A DNA stretch of 46,492 nt from contig JANOZA010000625.1 in NCBI GenBank assembly GCA_031429155.1, positions 1 to 46,492 on the forward strand, given 5' to 3'. This document shows positions 33,008 to 42,800 of the stretch, piece by piece. How positions within the stretch are numbered: position 1 is the first letter of the stretch; each line of letters begins with the position of its first letter. The notes beneath the pieces are model-generated. The model was not told where the DNA came from. It saw only the letters and a list, made by a program, of their open reading frames with translations, and did not search any database. Source of the DNA: Verrucomicrobiota bacterium. GTDB taxonomy: Bacteria > Verrucomicrobiota > Verrucomicrobiia > Verrucomicrobiales > V1-33. Position numbers and translations under genes: made by a program.

Positions 33008-33571
33008 TTACGCGCGGCCCAAGTAGGTGCCGTCTTCGGTCTTCACGCTGATCTTTTCGCCGCGGTTGATGAAGAGCGGCACCTGAACAGTGAGGCCGGT
33101 TTGCATCGTCGCGGGCTTGTACATGTTGTTCGCCGAGTCGCCGCGCACGCCGTCGGAGGATTCCGCGACGGTGAGGATCATGGAGGCGGGCAGTTCGATG
33201 GAAGCGACGACATCATCGGTGAACACGAGAATGTATTTTCCGCCCTCGTAGAGGTAGTTCTTCACCGGGGCGACCATCTGTTCGCCGACGAGGACATCGT
33301 CGTAGGTTTCTGGATGGATAAAGTGGTGACCGCTGCTGTCCTTGTAGCTGTATTCGTAGTCCACCTTGTTGAGGTTGACGGCATCGAGCGACTGATTGGA
33401 GGTCATGCGAAGGTTCGTCACGCTGCCACTGGAGAGGCTGCGGATGGACATCTGAACGTAGGACGCCATGCGCGGCGGCGTCTTGTGCTCCATGTCGGTG
33501 ATGATGCAGACGTCGTTGTTGTGGCGGACTGCATGTCCGCGGCGGAGGTTGATGACGGGTGTGGATGCCAT
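33008..33571 (-). CDS. efp: Translation elongation factor P family protein (Arg at the loop tip)
   Basis: The ATG at 33571 opens MASTPVINLRRGHAVRHNNDVCIITDMEHKTPPRMASYVQMSIRSLSSG. The C-terminus reads KPATMQTGLTVQVPLFINRGEKISVKTEDGTYLGRA. It aligns without gaps to E. coli EF-P over the first ~40 residues (R10, G12, P32). I rejected the 70 upstream codons of the tracked ORF. Confidence 0.9.
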   Translation of the reverse strand: MASTPVINLRRGHAVRHNNDVCIITDMEHKTPPRMASYVQMSIRSLSSGSVTNLRMTSNQSLDAVNLNKVDYEYSYKDSSGHHFIHPETYDDVLVGEQMVAPVKNYLYEGGKYILVFTDDVVASIELPASMILTVAESSDGVRGDSANNMYKPATMQTGLTVQVPLFINRGEKISVKTEDGTYLGRA

Positions 33572-33680
33572 AAGGGCGGCGGGTTTAGGTCGGTTTTCCC
33601 CGTCTGCAAAGCGGAGAATTCCAGGGGCGGAGGGGAACTTTCCCGAAACGCACGCCCTCCGCGCCCGTAGTGATGGGCCT

Positions 33681-34472
33681 ATGAAAAAGCTCCGCATTGC
33701 CATTCTTCTTTCCATTCCCGCACTCGCCGCCGCTGTCGCGCTGGCGCAGCAGGGAGAAAAGTCCGCCGCTCCCGCCGCCACTGCTCAGCCCGCGGAGGAA
33801 GGCTTCGTTTCCATCTTCGACGGGCAGTCGCTGAAAGGCTGGCATGTCAGCGCCAAAACCGGCCATTCCGGGACCAGTAAACACCAGAGCGGCGGTCGCT
33901 GGGTGGTGGAAAACGGCGCGATCACCGGCAGCCAGGATATTCCAGGCAACGGCGGGCTGGTGATCACCGACGAGGCCTATGGCGACTTCGAGGTAGCCAT
34001 CGAAATGAAAAACGACTTCGGACCGGACAGCGGGCTGTTCCTCCGCAGCACTGAGGACGGCAAGGCCTGGCAGGCGATGATTGACTACCACGCCGGCGGC
34101 AACCTCATGGGAATCTACGGCGAAGGCCTCGGCGGAAATCCGCACGTCAGAAACTACAACTTCAAAGAGAAGGTCACGGAGATCGAAGACAAGAAGACCG
34201 GCGAACCGCCAACCGCACTGCCGGTGCTGCCCGCCGCGTGGTCACACTTCTGGCGCGCAGACCAGTGGAATGAACTCCGTGCCCGCATCGAAGGCAATCC
34301 GCCGCAAATCACCACGTGGATCAACGGCGTCAAGATCATGGAATGGCAGGAGAAAACCGTGCGCCACCCGGAGACCGGCGGCATCGCTCTTCAGGTTCAC
34401 GGCGGAGGCGACTACACGAAGCAGTTCGTCCGTTACCGCAACATCCGCGTGAAGAAACTCGGCGCGAAATAG
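33681..34472 (+). CDS. DUF1080 (3-keto-disaccharide hydrolase-like) secreted protein
   Basis: The ATG at 33681 opens MKKLRIAILLSIPALAAAVALA (signal). Family blocks are GFVSIFDGQSLKGWH, GGRWVVENGAITG, GDFEVAIEMK, SGLFLRS and GGIALQVHGGG...VRYRNIRVKKL. Confidence 0.85.
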   Translation: MKKLRIAILLSIPALAAAVALAQQGEKSAAPAATAQPAEEGFVSIFDGQSLKGWHVSAKTGHSGTSKHQSGGRWVVENGAITGSQDIPGNGGLVITDEAYGDFEVAIEMKNDFGPDSGLFLRSTEDGKAWQAMIDYHAGGNLMGIYGEGLGGNPHVRNYNFKEKVTEIEDKKTGEPPTALPVLPAAWSHFWRADQWNELRARIEGNPPQITTWINGVKIMEWQEKTVRHPETGGIALQVHGGGDYTKQFVRYRNIRVKKLGAK

Positions 34473-34480
34473 CGGCGGGC

Positions 34481-35299
34481 TTACCGGCCCTTTTCCCGCG
34501 CTGCCGCCGCCGCGCGAAGGTGAACGATGCCTTCGCGGGCAGCGTCGGAGCGGGCGATATCCGCGCCGTCGGCGGCGAGAACCTCCAGCGCTGGCAGCGC
34601 ATCCGGATTCTCCAGCGTGGCCAGAATGCGGAAAATGGCGTCGCGCTGTCCGGCGAGTTGACCGTTCTCCTGTGAGAGGTCCGCTAGGACTTCCACCCCG
34701 GCGCGGTCGGCGAGCCGGCGGATGGCGTCGCTGGCTTCGGTCACGAGCGGCGCGGAGTCTTCCTGGGAAAAAAGTGACGTTAGCATGGGCACGGCCTGGG
34801 GACGACTCAGGGCGCGGAAGGAAGAGGCGATTGCCTCGCGCTCGGGACCTTCGGGGACTTTAACGGCTTCGATGCAGAGGCTCTGGATGGCGTCGTCCGT
34901 CCCGATGCGGGCCAGCGCATCGGAGAGCACGCCGCGGGCCTTATTAGAGCCAGCAGTCGCGAGCGCGCTGCTGATATCATTGACCGCATCAGGTCCGCGG
35001 GCGGCGAGAAGCGCGGCCCACTTTGGGAGATCGGGATGATTTTTCTCCGGCCAGCCGGCGAGCGCGATGGCGATGTCGGCGGTGCTCATGCCCGCGGCTT
35101 CTGCGAGGCTTATTGGCGGTGTGAAAGCGACTGGCCTTGCGCCAGGCGGCGACGTTTTGTGGCCAACTCCCGCGGGAGCTGCCTGCGCGGAGGTTGGTGA
35201 TTCCGGCGGAGGGGTTCGCAGGGCAAAGAACAGCGCCGTTCCCGCTAGGAGAACGGCGCTGCCAATAATAAGCCTGCGGCGCGTGAGAGCCTCAGTCAT
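34481..35299 (-). CDS. Membrane-anchored HEAT-like repeat protein
   Basis: The ATG at 35299 opens a TM segment (LIIGSAVLLAGTALFFAL). Helical repeats follow (ALARIGTDDAIQSL, AVPMLTSLFSQED, DALPALEVLAADG). Its start lies 5 nt downstream of the stop of 35305..38133, so the two probably form an operon. Confidence 0.55.
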   Translation of the reverse strand: MTEALTRRRLIIGSAVLLAGTALFFALRTPPPESPTSAQAAPAGVGHKTSPPGARPVAFTPPISLAEAAGMSTADIAIALAGWPEKNHPDLPKWAALLAARGPDAVNDISSALATAGSNKARGVLSDALARIGTDDAIQSLCIEAVKVPEGPEREAIASSFRALSRPQAVPMLTSLFSQEDSAPLVTEASDAIRRLADRAGVEVLADLSQENGQLAGQRDAIFRILATLENPDALPALEVLAADGADIARSDAAREGIVHLRAAAAAREKGR

Positions 35300-35304
35300 G
35301 CAGG

Positions 35305-38133
35305 TCAGGGCGCGTTGACCGGCGGATCAATCGGCGGCGGCGGCGGATTTCCAATTGTACCCGTGATGCCGAACGAATAGGAATTCTCATCAGGGTCGTT
35401 GTTGCTGATGCGGGCCTGCAGTCTTGCTTCGCCGGGGGAGAAGCCGATCATCTCCAGCACAAAGACGCCGGTGCCGCCAGCAGGGATAATCCCAGGTCCG
35501 CTGACGACGCGGACGAGCGCCGGCGGCGGGAGGAAAACGGCGCCGTCATTGGCGAGTGTTTCGGCGGGAAGAATGCTGAAGCCGGCGATGCGCAGTTCGC
35601 CGCCGCCGGTGTTGGCGATGGATATTTCCCGGCGCACGGGCATTGCGATGGTCACGTCTCCGAAGCTCAGCGTGCCCCCGATGGGCAATTCGGCACCTCC
35701 GCTGCTGACAGCGATTTCCGGCGGAACCGGAGCGGTGCCGGTGCTGGCACCCTTGAGGATTAGCTTCCACGGATTTTCGTCAGGGTCGTTCGACTCGATG
35801 GTCATCATGGCCGTCTGGCTGCCGGAGGGCGGGGCCATATATACGACGCGGAGAATGGCGAATCCGCCGGCAGGCACGACGTTATTCGGCGGCAGGAGCG
35901 CGCGGAACGGCAGCGCTCCGACGGGCGGGAGAACGACGGGGACCCCGGCAGCATTCGCTCCTCCTGCGGGAGTCGCGGTGTTGGCGGCGAAGGTGACGCG
36001 ACCAAGGCGAAGGTCACCGGCTCCAGTGTTGGATATCCTGATTTCCTTCGTCACGGAACTGCCGGGTGCGGCGGTGCCGAAGTCCACCAGCGCGCCCATG
36101 GCGAGTTGCGCGTTGCCAAGGCTCAGGGCGATGTCAGGCACGGCCGTCGAATCGGTGCCGCCCTGGCCGGTGAGCTTGAGGCGATACGGGTTCTCGTCGC
36201 TGTCATTGTTGCTGATGACGAGCATGGTCTGGAACATGCCGTTGGTGACCGGCTGGAACACGATCGGGAGTTCCCGCGAAGCACCGGGCGCCACCGTGGA
36301 GAATGGTTCCCCGGCGAAGCGGAAGGGTGTCAGCGTATTCACGCCGCGGGTCACGGCCTGGAAAGCAGCGCGCACCTGGAGCGGGCCGGTTCCACTGTTC
36401 GAAATGCGGATCGTCTTTCTTACCGGCACCGTCAGCGGCGTGCGGCCGAAGTCCACGGTGCCGCCGTTGGGAACGTCGGCGTTGCCGAGACCGACTGCGA
36501 TCTCCGGAGCAGGCGGCGGCAATGGATCGCCCTCTGCATTGGCCTTCAGTGTCAGGCTGAAGGGATTCTCGTCGGCGTCGGTGTTGTTGATACGGAGGAT
36601 GGCTTCTGCGGCCCCGGAAGAGGTGGCGGGGAAGATCACGCGGCAGGTAGTGGAGGCTCCGGGCCCAACGATTCGCGGCTCGACTCCTTCAACGCGGAAC
36701 GGAAGGGGCGGCGGCGGGAAGATGGCGATGACGGGGCCGGACCATTCGACGATGATGCTGTTGAGGCGGAGTTCGCCGTCGCCCGTGTTCTTGATGGTGA
36801 GTGTCTTCGTAACCGGCATGCCGACGCGCGCCGTGCCAAAGTCGAGCGTGCCGTCGTTGGCGAGCGGCGCATCGCCGGAGGCCACGTCAATTTCTCCGGG
36901 AGCAGGCGGCGGCGGGGCGGTCACGTTCGCCGACAGGAGCAGGCGATAGGGATTCTCATCCGCGTCGGAGTTTTGGATCGTAGCCTCCATCACGTAACGC
37001 AGCGACTGGACTGTAAAATCGTTGCCGCCCGCGGCGATGCGGAGCACCGTGCTGCGGCCAGGCTCTACTACGGCAGCAGGTGGAGTGAGCACCCGGAAAA
37101 ATCCAGGCGGCGCAGATGGAAGCGGGCCGGCGATGGGCAGGCCCGCGATGACCACCGCGCCCAACATCAGATTGGCGTCGCCGGTATTGCTGATGACGAC
37201 TTCGCGCACGACCGGCGCCGTGGAAGGCACCAATACGGTGCCGAAATCCACCGTCCCGCCGCTGGGCACCTCGGTGTTACCGACGTTGACAGCGATTTCT
37301 CCCGTCACCGGCGGCGGCGGCTGATTGCCGCTTCCCGTCACCGTGAAGCTGTAGGGATTCTCGTCCGGATCATTCGAGCCGATGATCACCACACCAGTGA
37401 AATTGCCAGCGGTGAGCGGTTTGAAAATAACCCGCACAGTGGACGAGGCCCCGGGTGCCAGGGTCCGCGCGCCGCCGTTCTCGATGAGGAACGGCAGCAT
37501 CGTCGCCGGATCGTTCCCGACCAAGCCGCCCGCAGCCGTGCCGGAGAAGGTGACACCGTTGATTTGCAAATTGCCCGTCCCGGCGTTGCGCAGGGTGAAT
37601 GATCTCGTCGCCGATGTGTTCAGTGCCACCGCTCCGAAAGCCACGCTGCCGCCGCGTGCCACTTCGGGCACTTCGATGTCACCTGGTTGCGGCGGTGTCA
37701 CCGGGGTGAATTCCACCCGCAGCCCATAGGGTCCGGAAACCGCCCCCGCGATGGTACTCAGTCTGCCGCTTACTTGAATGCTGTAGAGTCCTGGATCCAA
37801 CACCCGGGAGATCCGGAAATTTCCGGTGCCGCCTTCCTCAGTCGCGACGGTAGTCCAGCCAGCCGTCGTTTGTCGGCGGAGGATTCCTTTGGTGTCGGTG
37901 ACGCCCGTGGTATAGACCGCCACGCCGCCATTGGCACCGGCCTGGAAGGAGAAAACGTCGAGATCGTCTGCGTAGTTGATGAGTCCATTGGCGGACGCCG
38001 TGCCGCTGGCCTGGATGACGAGGGGGAAGCCCGGTGAGACATTCGGAAAGTCGTCGGCGGGCGGAACGTTTTGCGCGAACGCGCTTCCGCAGAGCAGGGA
38101 TGCAGCAAGTAGAAGGGCGGGAGTTGCTTTCAT
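35305..38133 (-). CDS. Secreted protein with an N-terminal PPC-like domain and six choice-of-anchor-D / ASH-like Ig-fold repeats
   Basis: The ATG at 38133 opens MKATPALLLAASLLCGSAFA (signal). Six repeats of the form GGTVDFG...I.N.G.G.L... end in SNDPDENPY, NSDADENPY, NTDADENPF, NNDSDENPY, SNDPDENPW and NNDPDENSY. Confidence 0.8.
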   Translation of the reverse strand: MKATPALLLAASLLCGSAFAQNVPPADDFPNVSPGFPLVIQASGTASANGLINYADDLDVFSFQAGANGGVAVYTTGVTDTKGILRRQTTAGWTTVATEEGGTGNFRISRVLDPGLYSIQVSGRLSTIAGAVSGPYGLRVEFTPVTPPQPGDIEVPEVARGGSVAFGAVALNTSATRSFTLRNAGTGNLQINGVTFSGTAAGGLVGNDPATMLPFLIENGGARTLAPGASSTVRVIFKPLTAGNFTGVVIIGSNDPDENPYSFTVTGSGNQPPPPVTGEIAVNVGNTEVPSGGTVDFGTVLVPSTAPVVREVVISNTGDANLMLGAVVIAGLPIAGPLPSAPPGFFRVLTPPAAVVEPGRSTVLRIAAGGNDFTVQSLRYVMEATIQNSDADENPYRLLLSANVTAPPPPAPGEIDVASGDAPLANDGTLDFGTARVGMPVTKTLTIKNTGDGELRLNSIIVEWSGPVIAIFPPPPLPFRVEGVEPRIVGPGASTTCRVIFPATSSGAAEAILRINNTDADENPFSLTLKANAEGDPLPPPAPEIAVGLGNADVPNGGTVDFGRTPLTVPVRKTIRISNSGTGPLQVRAAFQAVTRGVNTLTPFRFAGEPFSTVAPGASRELPIVFQPVTNGMFQTMLVISNNDSDENPYRLKLTGQGGTDSTAVPDIALSLGNAQLAMGALVDFGTAAPGSSVTKEIRISNTGAGDLRLGRVTFAANTATPAGGANAAGVPVVLPPVGALPFRALLPPNNVVPAGGFAILRVVYMAPPSGSQTAMMTIESNDPDENPWKLILKGASTGTAPVPPEIAVSSGGAELPIGGTLSFGDVTIAMPVRREISIANTGGGELRIAGFSILPAETLANDGAVFLPPPALVRVVSGPGIIPAGGTGVFVLEMIGFSPGEARLQARISNNDPDENSYSFGITGTIGNPPPPPIDPPVNAP

Positions 38134-38278
38134 AGTGGGCGGACTATACCCAGCCCGGGCGTTGCCCGGCAAGTATTTTTTAACGGGTCCGGTGCGGGCG
38201 GGCTCAGGAATCCGTCTGGCGGCAGATTGACCGTGATTGCGTGACCGCAGGAGACGCGCTGCGGGGCATGGTGTCATC

Positions 38279-39694
38279 ATGCTTTATCGTTTCATCTCCT
38301 TCTTTTTCTTTGTCTCTCTGCTGTCGGCTGCTCCACTCGCGGGCAAGAAGCCAAATATTATTTTCCTCATCACCGATGATCAGGGCTACGGGGATCTTTC
38401 CTGTCACGGCAATCCGGTGCTGAAGACGCCCAATCTCGACCGGCTGCATCGTGAGGGGGTGAGGTTTCGTGATTTCCAGGTGAGTCCAACGTGTGCGCCC
38501 ACGCGGTCGGCGCTGCTGACGGGACGGCATGAGTTTCGCAATGGGATCACGCACACGATCCACGAACGTGAGCGCCTGACGCCGGATGCAGTCACGCTGG
38601 CGCAGGTGCTGAAGTCGGCGGGGTACACGACGGGGATCTTCGGAAAGTGGCACCTGGGCGACGAGCCGGATCGCTGGCCTGACAAACGCGGGTTCGACGA
38701 GATGTTCATCCACGGAGCCGGAGGCATCGGTCAGTCGTATCCCGGATCCTGCGGCGATGCTCCCGGAAACAAGTACTTCAGCCCGGCGATCCTCCATAAT
38801 GGGAAGTTCGAGAAGACCGACGGCTACTGCACCGACGTCTTCTTTAAGCAGGCCATGCAGTGGATCGGCGAGGTGAAGGGGAAGCAGCCGTTCTATGCGC
38901 ACATTGCGACGAATGCACCGCACGGGCCGCTGGAGGTGAGGCCGGAGGATCTCGCGCGCTACACCGGCAAAGTGCCGGAGCAGGCGGCGAAATTCTTCGG
39001 CATGATCGCCAACATTGACGACAACGTCGGCCTCCTGCTCGCCAAACTTGCCGAATGGGATCTGGAGCGTGACACCCTGGTCATCTTCATCAACGACAAT
39101 GGCGGCACCGCGGGGGTGCAGGTGTTTAATGCCGGCATGAGAGCGCAGAAAGGCACGCCATGGCAGGGCGGTGTGCGGGCCGCGAGTTTCTGGCGCTGGC
39201 CGGGAACCCTGACGCCTGGGGATGTTGACGCCCTCGCGGCGCACCTTGATTTCATGCCTACTCTGGCCGCAATCGCCGGCGCGACGCTTTCCGACAAAGC
39301 CAAAGCCCAGATCGAAGGCCGCAGTCTCGTGCCGCTGCTGGAGAATCCGAAAGCCGAATGGCCGGACCGCACGCTGGTGACCCATGTAGGTCGCTGGGAG
39401 CGGGGCAAGGCGGCCGATGCGAAATACGCCAATTGCGCCATCCGCAACTCCCGGTGGAAGCTGGTCAGCATCGGCAAAAAGGGCCCAAAAGCATGGCAAC
39501 TCTTCGATCTCAAGGCGGACGCTGCTGAGCAAAATGATGTGGCTGCCGCCCATCCCGACACCGTGCGTGAACTTGATTTGGCCTACGACGCCTGGTGGGC
39601 CAGCGTGCAGCCGCAGTTGGTGAACGAAAATGCCGCCATTCCTGCGGAGAATTCGTTTCGCACTCTCTACCGGCAACAATTTGGCGCAAAATAG
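38279..39694 (+). CDS. Arylsulfatase (formylglycine-dependent sulfatase family)
   Basis: The ATG at 38279 opens MLYRFISFFFFVSLLSAAPLAG (signal). The N-terminal block is KPNIIFLITDDQGYGDL. The C-x-P-x-R signature is PTCAPTRSALLTGRH, and GKWHLG is also present. Confidence 0.9.
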   Translation: MLYRFISFFFFVSLLSAAPLAGKKPNIIFLITDDQGYGDLSCHGNPVLKTPNLDRLHREGVRFRDFQVSPTCAPTRSALLTGRHEFRNGITHTIHERERLTPDAVTLAQVLKSAGYTTGIFGKWHLGDEPDRWPDKRGFDEMFIHGAGGIGQSYPGSCGDAPGNKYFSPAILHNGKFEKTDGYCTDVFFKQAMQWIGEVKGKQPFYAHIATNAPHGPLEVRPEDLARYTGKVPEQAAKFFGMIANIDDNVGLLLAKLAEWDLERDTLVIFINDNGGTAGVQVFNAGMRAQKGTPWQGGVRAASFWRWPGTLTPGDVDALAAHLDFMPTLAAIAGATLSDKAKAQIEGRSLVPLLENPKAEWPDRTLVTHVGRWERGKAADAKYANCAIRNSRWKLVSIGKKGPKAWQLFDLKADAAEQNDVAAAHPDTVRELDLAYDAWWASVQPQLVNENAAIPAENSFRTLYRQQFGAK

Positions 39695-39754
39695 GGGCGG
39701 CGGCGGTCCATGGGGCTGCTCATCTCCTACAAATACTACTGGCGGAGCGGCGGG

Positions 39755-39782
39755 TTGAGTTTATAATAATCATAATTATAAG
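39755..39782 (+). promoter_or_regulatory. Candidate sigma-70-like promoter in an AT-rich patch
   Basis: TTGAGT (39755-39760), a 16-nt spacer and TATAAG (39777-39782) lie about 25 nt upstream of the 39806/39809 start. This is the only strongly AT-rich stretch in the region. The promoter consensus for this phylum is uncertain. Confidence 0.3.
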
Positions 39783-39808
39783 CCTGAGTAAATCTCCTGC
39801 CCTCTTTG

Positions 39809-42800
39809 ATGAGTTCCTCGAACGAGCCTCCCAAAATCAAATTCCAGTGCCTCCACTGCCAGCAGCCGCTGACTGTGCTGTTGGAGGATTGTGGGAAGGA
39901 GTCCACCTGTCCGGAATGTGGAAATCAGGTGCTGTCTCCAGAGATACTAGGGGATTTGACCCCGGCTGAGCCCGAGGCAAAGCCGCTGCCTCCAGGTCAG
40001 AGGATTCTGAGTGTGAGGCGTGTGGCCATGGGGGACCGGGCTGGTAACGGAGGAGGACGGGGAGGGCGGCAAGAGGTTCGCTTGCCCAAACCGGGCGAGC
40101 CTCAGGCCAAGGCACCCACGGCGCAGTCTCTTCCGAAGGCAGCGGCATCCGCCCCTGAATCAGCCAATGCGCCGGCACCCAAGCCGGCGGCGGCAGTCAC
40201 TCCACCTGTTCCTGCGGCTGCGACGGCGATCCCTGTCCTGCCGGCGAAGCCGGGCGCAGCGGCGAGCCCTTTCGTGAATCTCCCGGCATTACCTGCCGTT
40301 GTTCCGCCTGCGGAATCCGCTCCCGCGGTCATGACTTCGCCTTTCGTTACCGCAGGGCCGAAGTCGCCTCCGCCGCTGCCCGTGTCCGTGCCTGCGATTC
40401 CCGAACCCGAACCGACGCCCTCATTCTCTCTGGCTCCCTCTTCGCCGTTGGTGCTGCCGTCTCCCGGTGCCCGCCGCCGGCCCCCGCCTGCCGAGCCTGG
40501 GGGCAGTCACTTGCGGATGATGCTCAAAGCCGCGGCTGCCATTTTCATCTTTGGTCTCATTGTCTTCCTTAAACTCGATCGCATCGCGGAAAACTGGTTT
40601 GGCCGGGACGAAGAAACCCTCGTCATCACCGGGCCACCCGTTTCTGCTCTGCCGGCCGCTCCCGCGAAAGTCATCGAGTCGCCATCCCTTCGTGAGCACT
40701 TCAATTTCACCCCATTGGAAATGCGGGAGTTTCCCGATCTCAACTTCAAGTTCCGTATGCCGGAAGGAGCCTGGGAATTCGCCCGTGATCCGTGGTCGCG
40801 CGAAGGCAGCGTCTTTAGTCTGAACAAAATCCCGGGATTGCCCGGGAAAGAGGAAATCGGTGAGGCCAGTTTTGCCCTGCGGGTGCTTCCGCTTGGTTCA
40901 GCCATCGCGTCGGATCAAAATCGCGCCACCGCCGCCGTGCAGGCATCGCTCAAGGCGCTGGGAGGAGGAGGCAAAATCACCGGGCGCGAGGAAGTCACGC
41001 TCGGCACCCTGCTCTTCAGCCGCATCGAAGTCGAGGATCTCCAGTGCGAACATCAGAGCGTGAACGCCGAAGTCTGGCTCTATGCCCTCAATGGCATGGT
41101 CTATGAAATGATCACCACCATGCCGGTCCTGACGCCGCCCTACTACCTCTCCACGACCGCGCGGCGGCTCGCCGGGGGCTTCAGTATTGCGGATCCCTCG
41201 CACGTCCTGCGCAGCGCGGATGTCGTCGCCATGCTCGAAACCGCTGGCGCCATGCCCGTGCCGAAGATCGCCGTCACTTTCGGAAATGTCTCCATCACGC
41301 TCAAGCCGGACACCTGGACCACCTGGCCCGGCGCTGCCGACATCCTGCCCGGCAGCACACTCACTTTTGCCAGCCGCGGCGGCCTGCGTATGGCGGCCGC
41401 CTTCACGCCAAATGAAGGTCTGCCGGATGATCCCGTGCGCACTGCCTCGCTCATCGGTGCCATTTGGCCGGCGCTGCGGGACTTTCAGTGGAGCAGGACG
41501 GACCGCCGTCCGCATCAGGAGCAACGAACGGCCGTGATGCGCGGCACGGGTCAGTTGAACAACCGCAAGGGTGTCGCTGAAGTCCGCGCGGTGCGCTGTG
41601 GGGATTCGCTCATGGTGCTCTTTGCGTTCGGCCCCGGCGACACCAGGCCCGACCTCCTCACGGCGCATCTCGACACGTTCCTCGTGGACCCCGGCGCAAA
41701 TCAAAGCGCTGACTTCGGTCACATCGAGGCCCGCGGTTTTCAAAGGAGCGCACTCACCGGCCTCGCCGGAGACGCCACGGCCAACGGTCGCCATGAGGAA
41801 GCCATTGCCGCCCATCTGGTGCTCTTCGAATGGGACCGCCGCCCGGACGATCTCTGCAATGCCGCGCGCAGTCTCTATGCGTCAGGAAAGAAAGACGAAG
41901 CTGTGCAGCTTATCACCGACCGCGAGGGCCGCCACGCCGGCCAGCCGGAATGGGAAGTGCAGAAGATGCTCCTGCTCGCATCCATCGCTCAACCTGGCGA
42001 GTCGCGCCGCATCGCCGGCACCCTGCTGGAAAGTGGAGTCCTCCCCGCCAGTGCCGCCGCCATCTTTATCGAAACGCTCATCGAGGTGCGCGCGCTCTCC
42101 GATGCCCAGTCGTTCGTCAAGCTCCTCACAGAAAAGGACCGGTCGCCCCTGTGGCATCTCTACAGTGCGCTGCTCATGGCCGAGACCGGCGATAGAGGCA
42201 AGGCCGCGGCCCTCGTTCGCACCGTGCGCACCGCCGCGCCGGACGATGTCGAACTCGCCGTGGAATGCGTGAACGTCCTCATCCGCTGCCGCCTTTTCCC
42301 CGAAGCTCTGGAACTCGCGCGCTTCCTGGCCGCGAAAAACCCGCAGCGCGAACAACTCCAGTTTCTCGCTGCCGCCTGCCACACAGCGCTCGGCCACACG
42401 GCGGAGGCCCGCGAAGCCTACCAGAAAATTCTCACATCCAATCCCGCGAGCACCACCGCCCGGGAGGCGCTCGCTTCCCTCGCCGCCAGCAGCGGTCAGG
42501 AAGGCTCAGAGGAAATCGTTACCGTTAGCATTCCCCCGGTCCCGCTGCCAGCCGCCCTCGCCGCGAAGCTGCCCAGGCCGCACGCGCCCCTCGCCGACGC
42601 CGGCGGGCAGTCGGTCGTGCATCTCTATCGCGTCACCGGGCTCCAGCTTCACACTAGCGAGCCGCTGCGCCAGACCACCCGCGGCGCCATTCGCATTCTG
42701 GATGAAGAAGGCATGTCGCTCTTCAACACCATGCGCTTTCCCGTGCAGCCCCTCGCGCAGCGACTCTGCATTCATTACCTCCGCGTGCTCGATGCCACAG

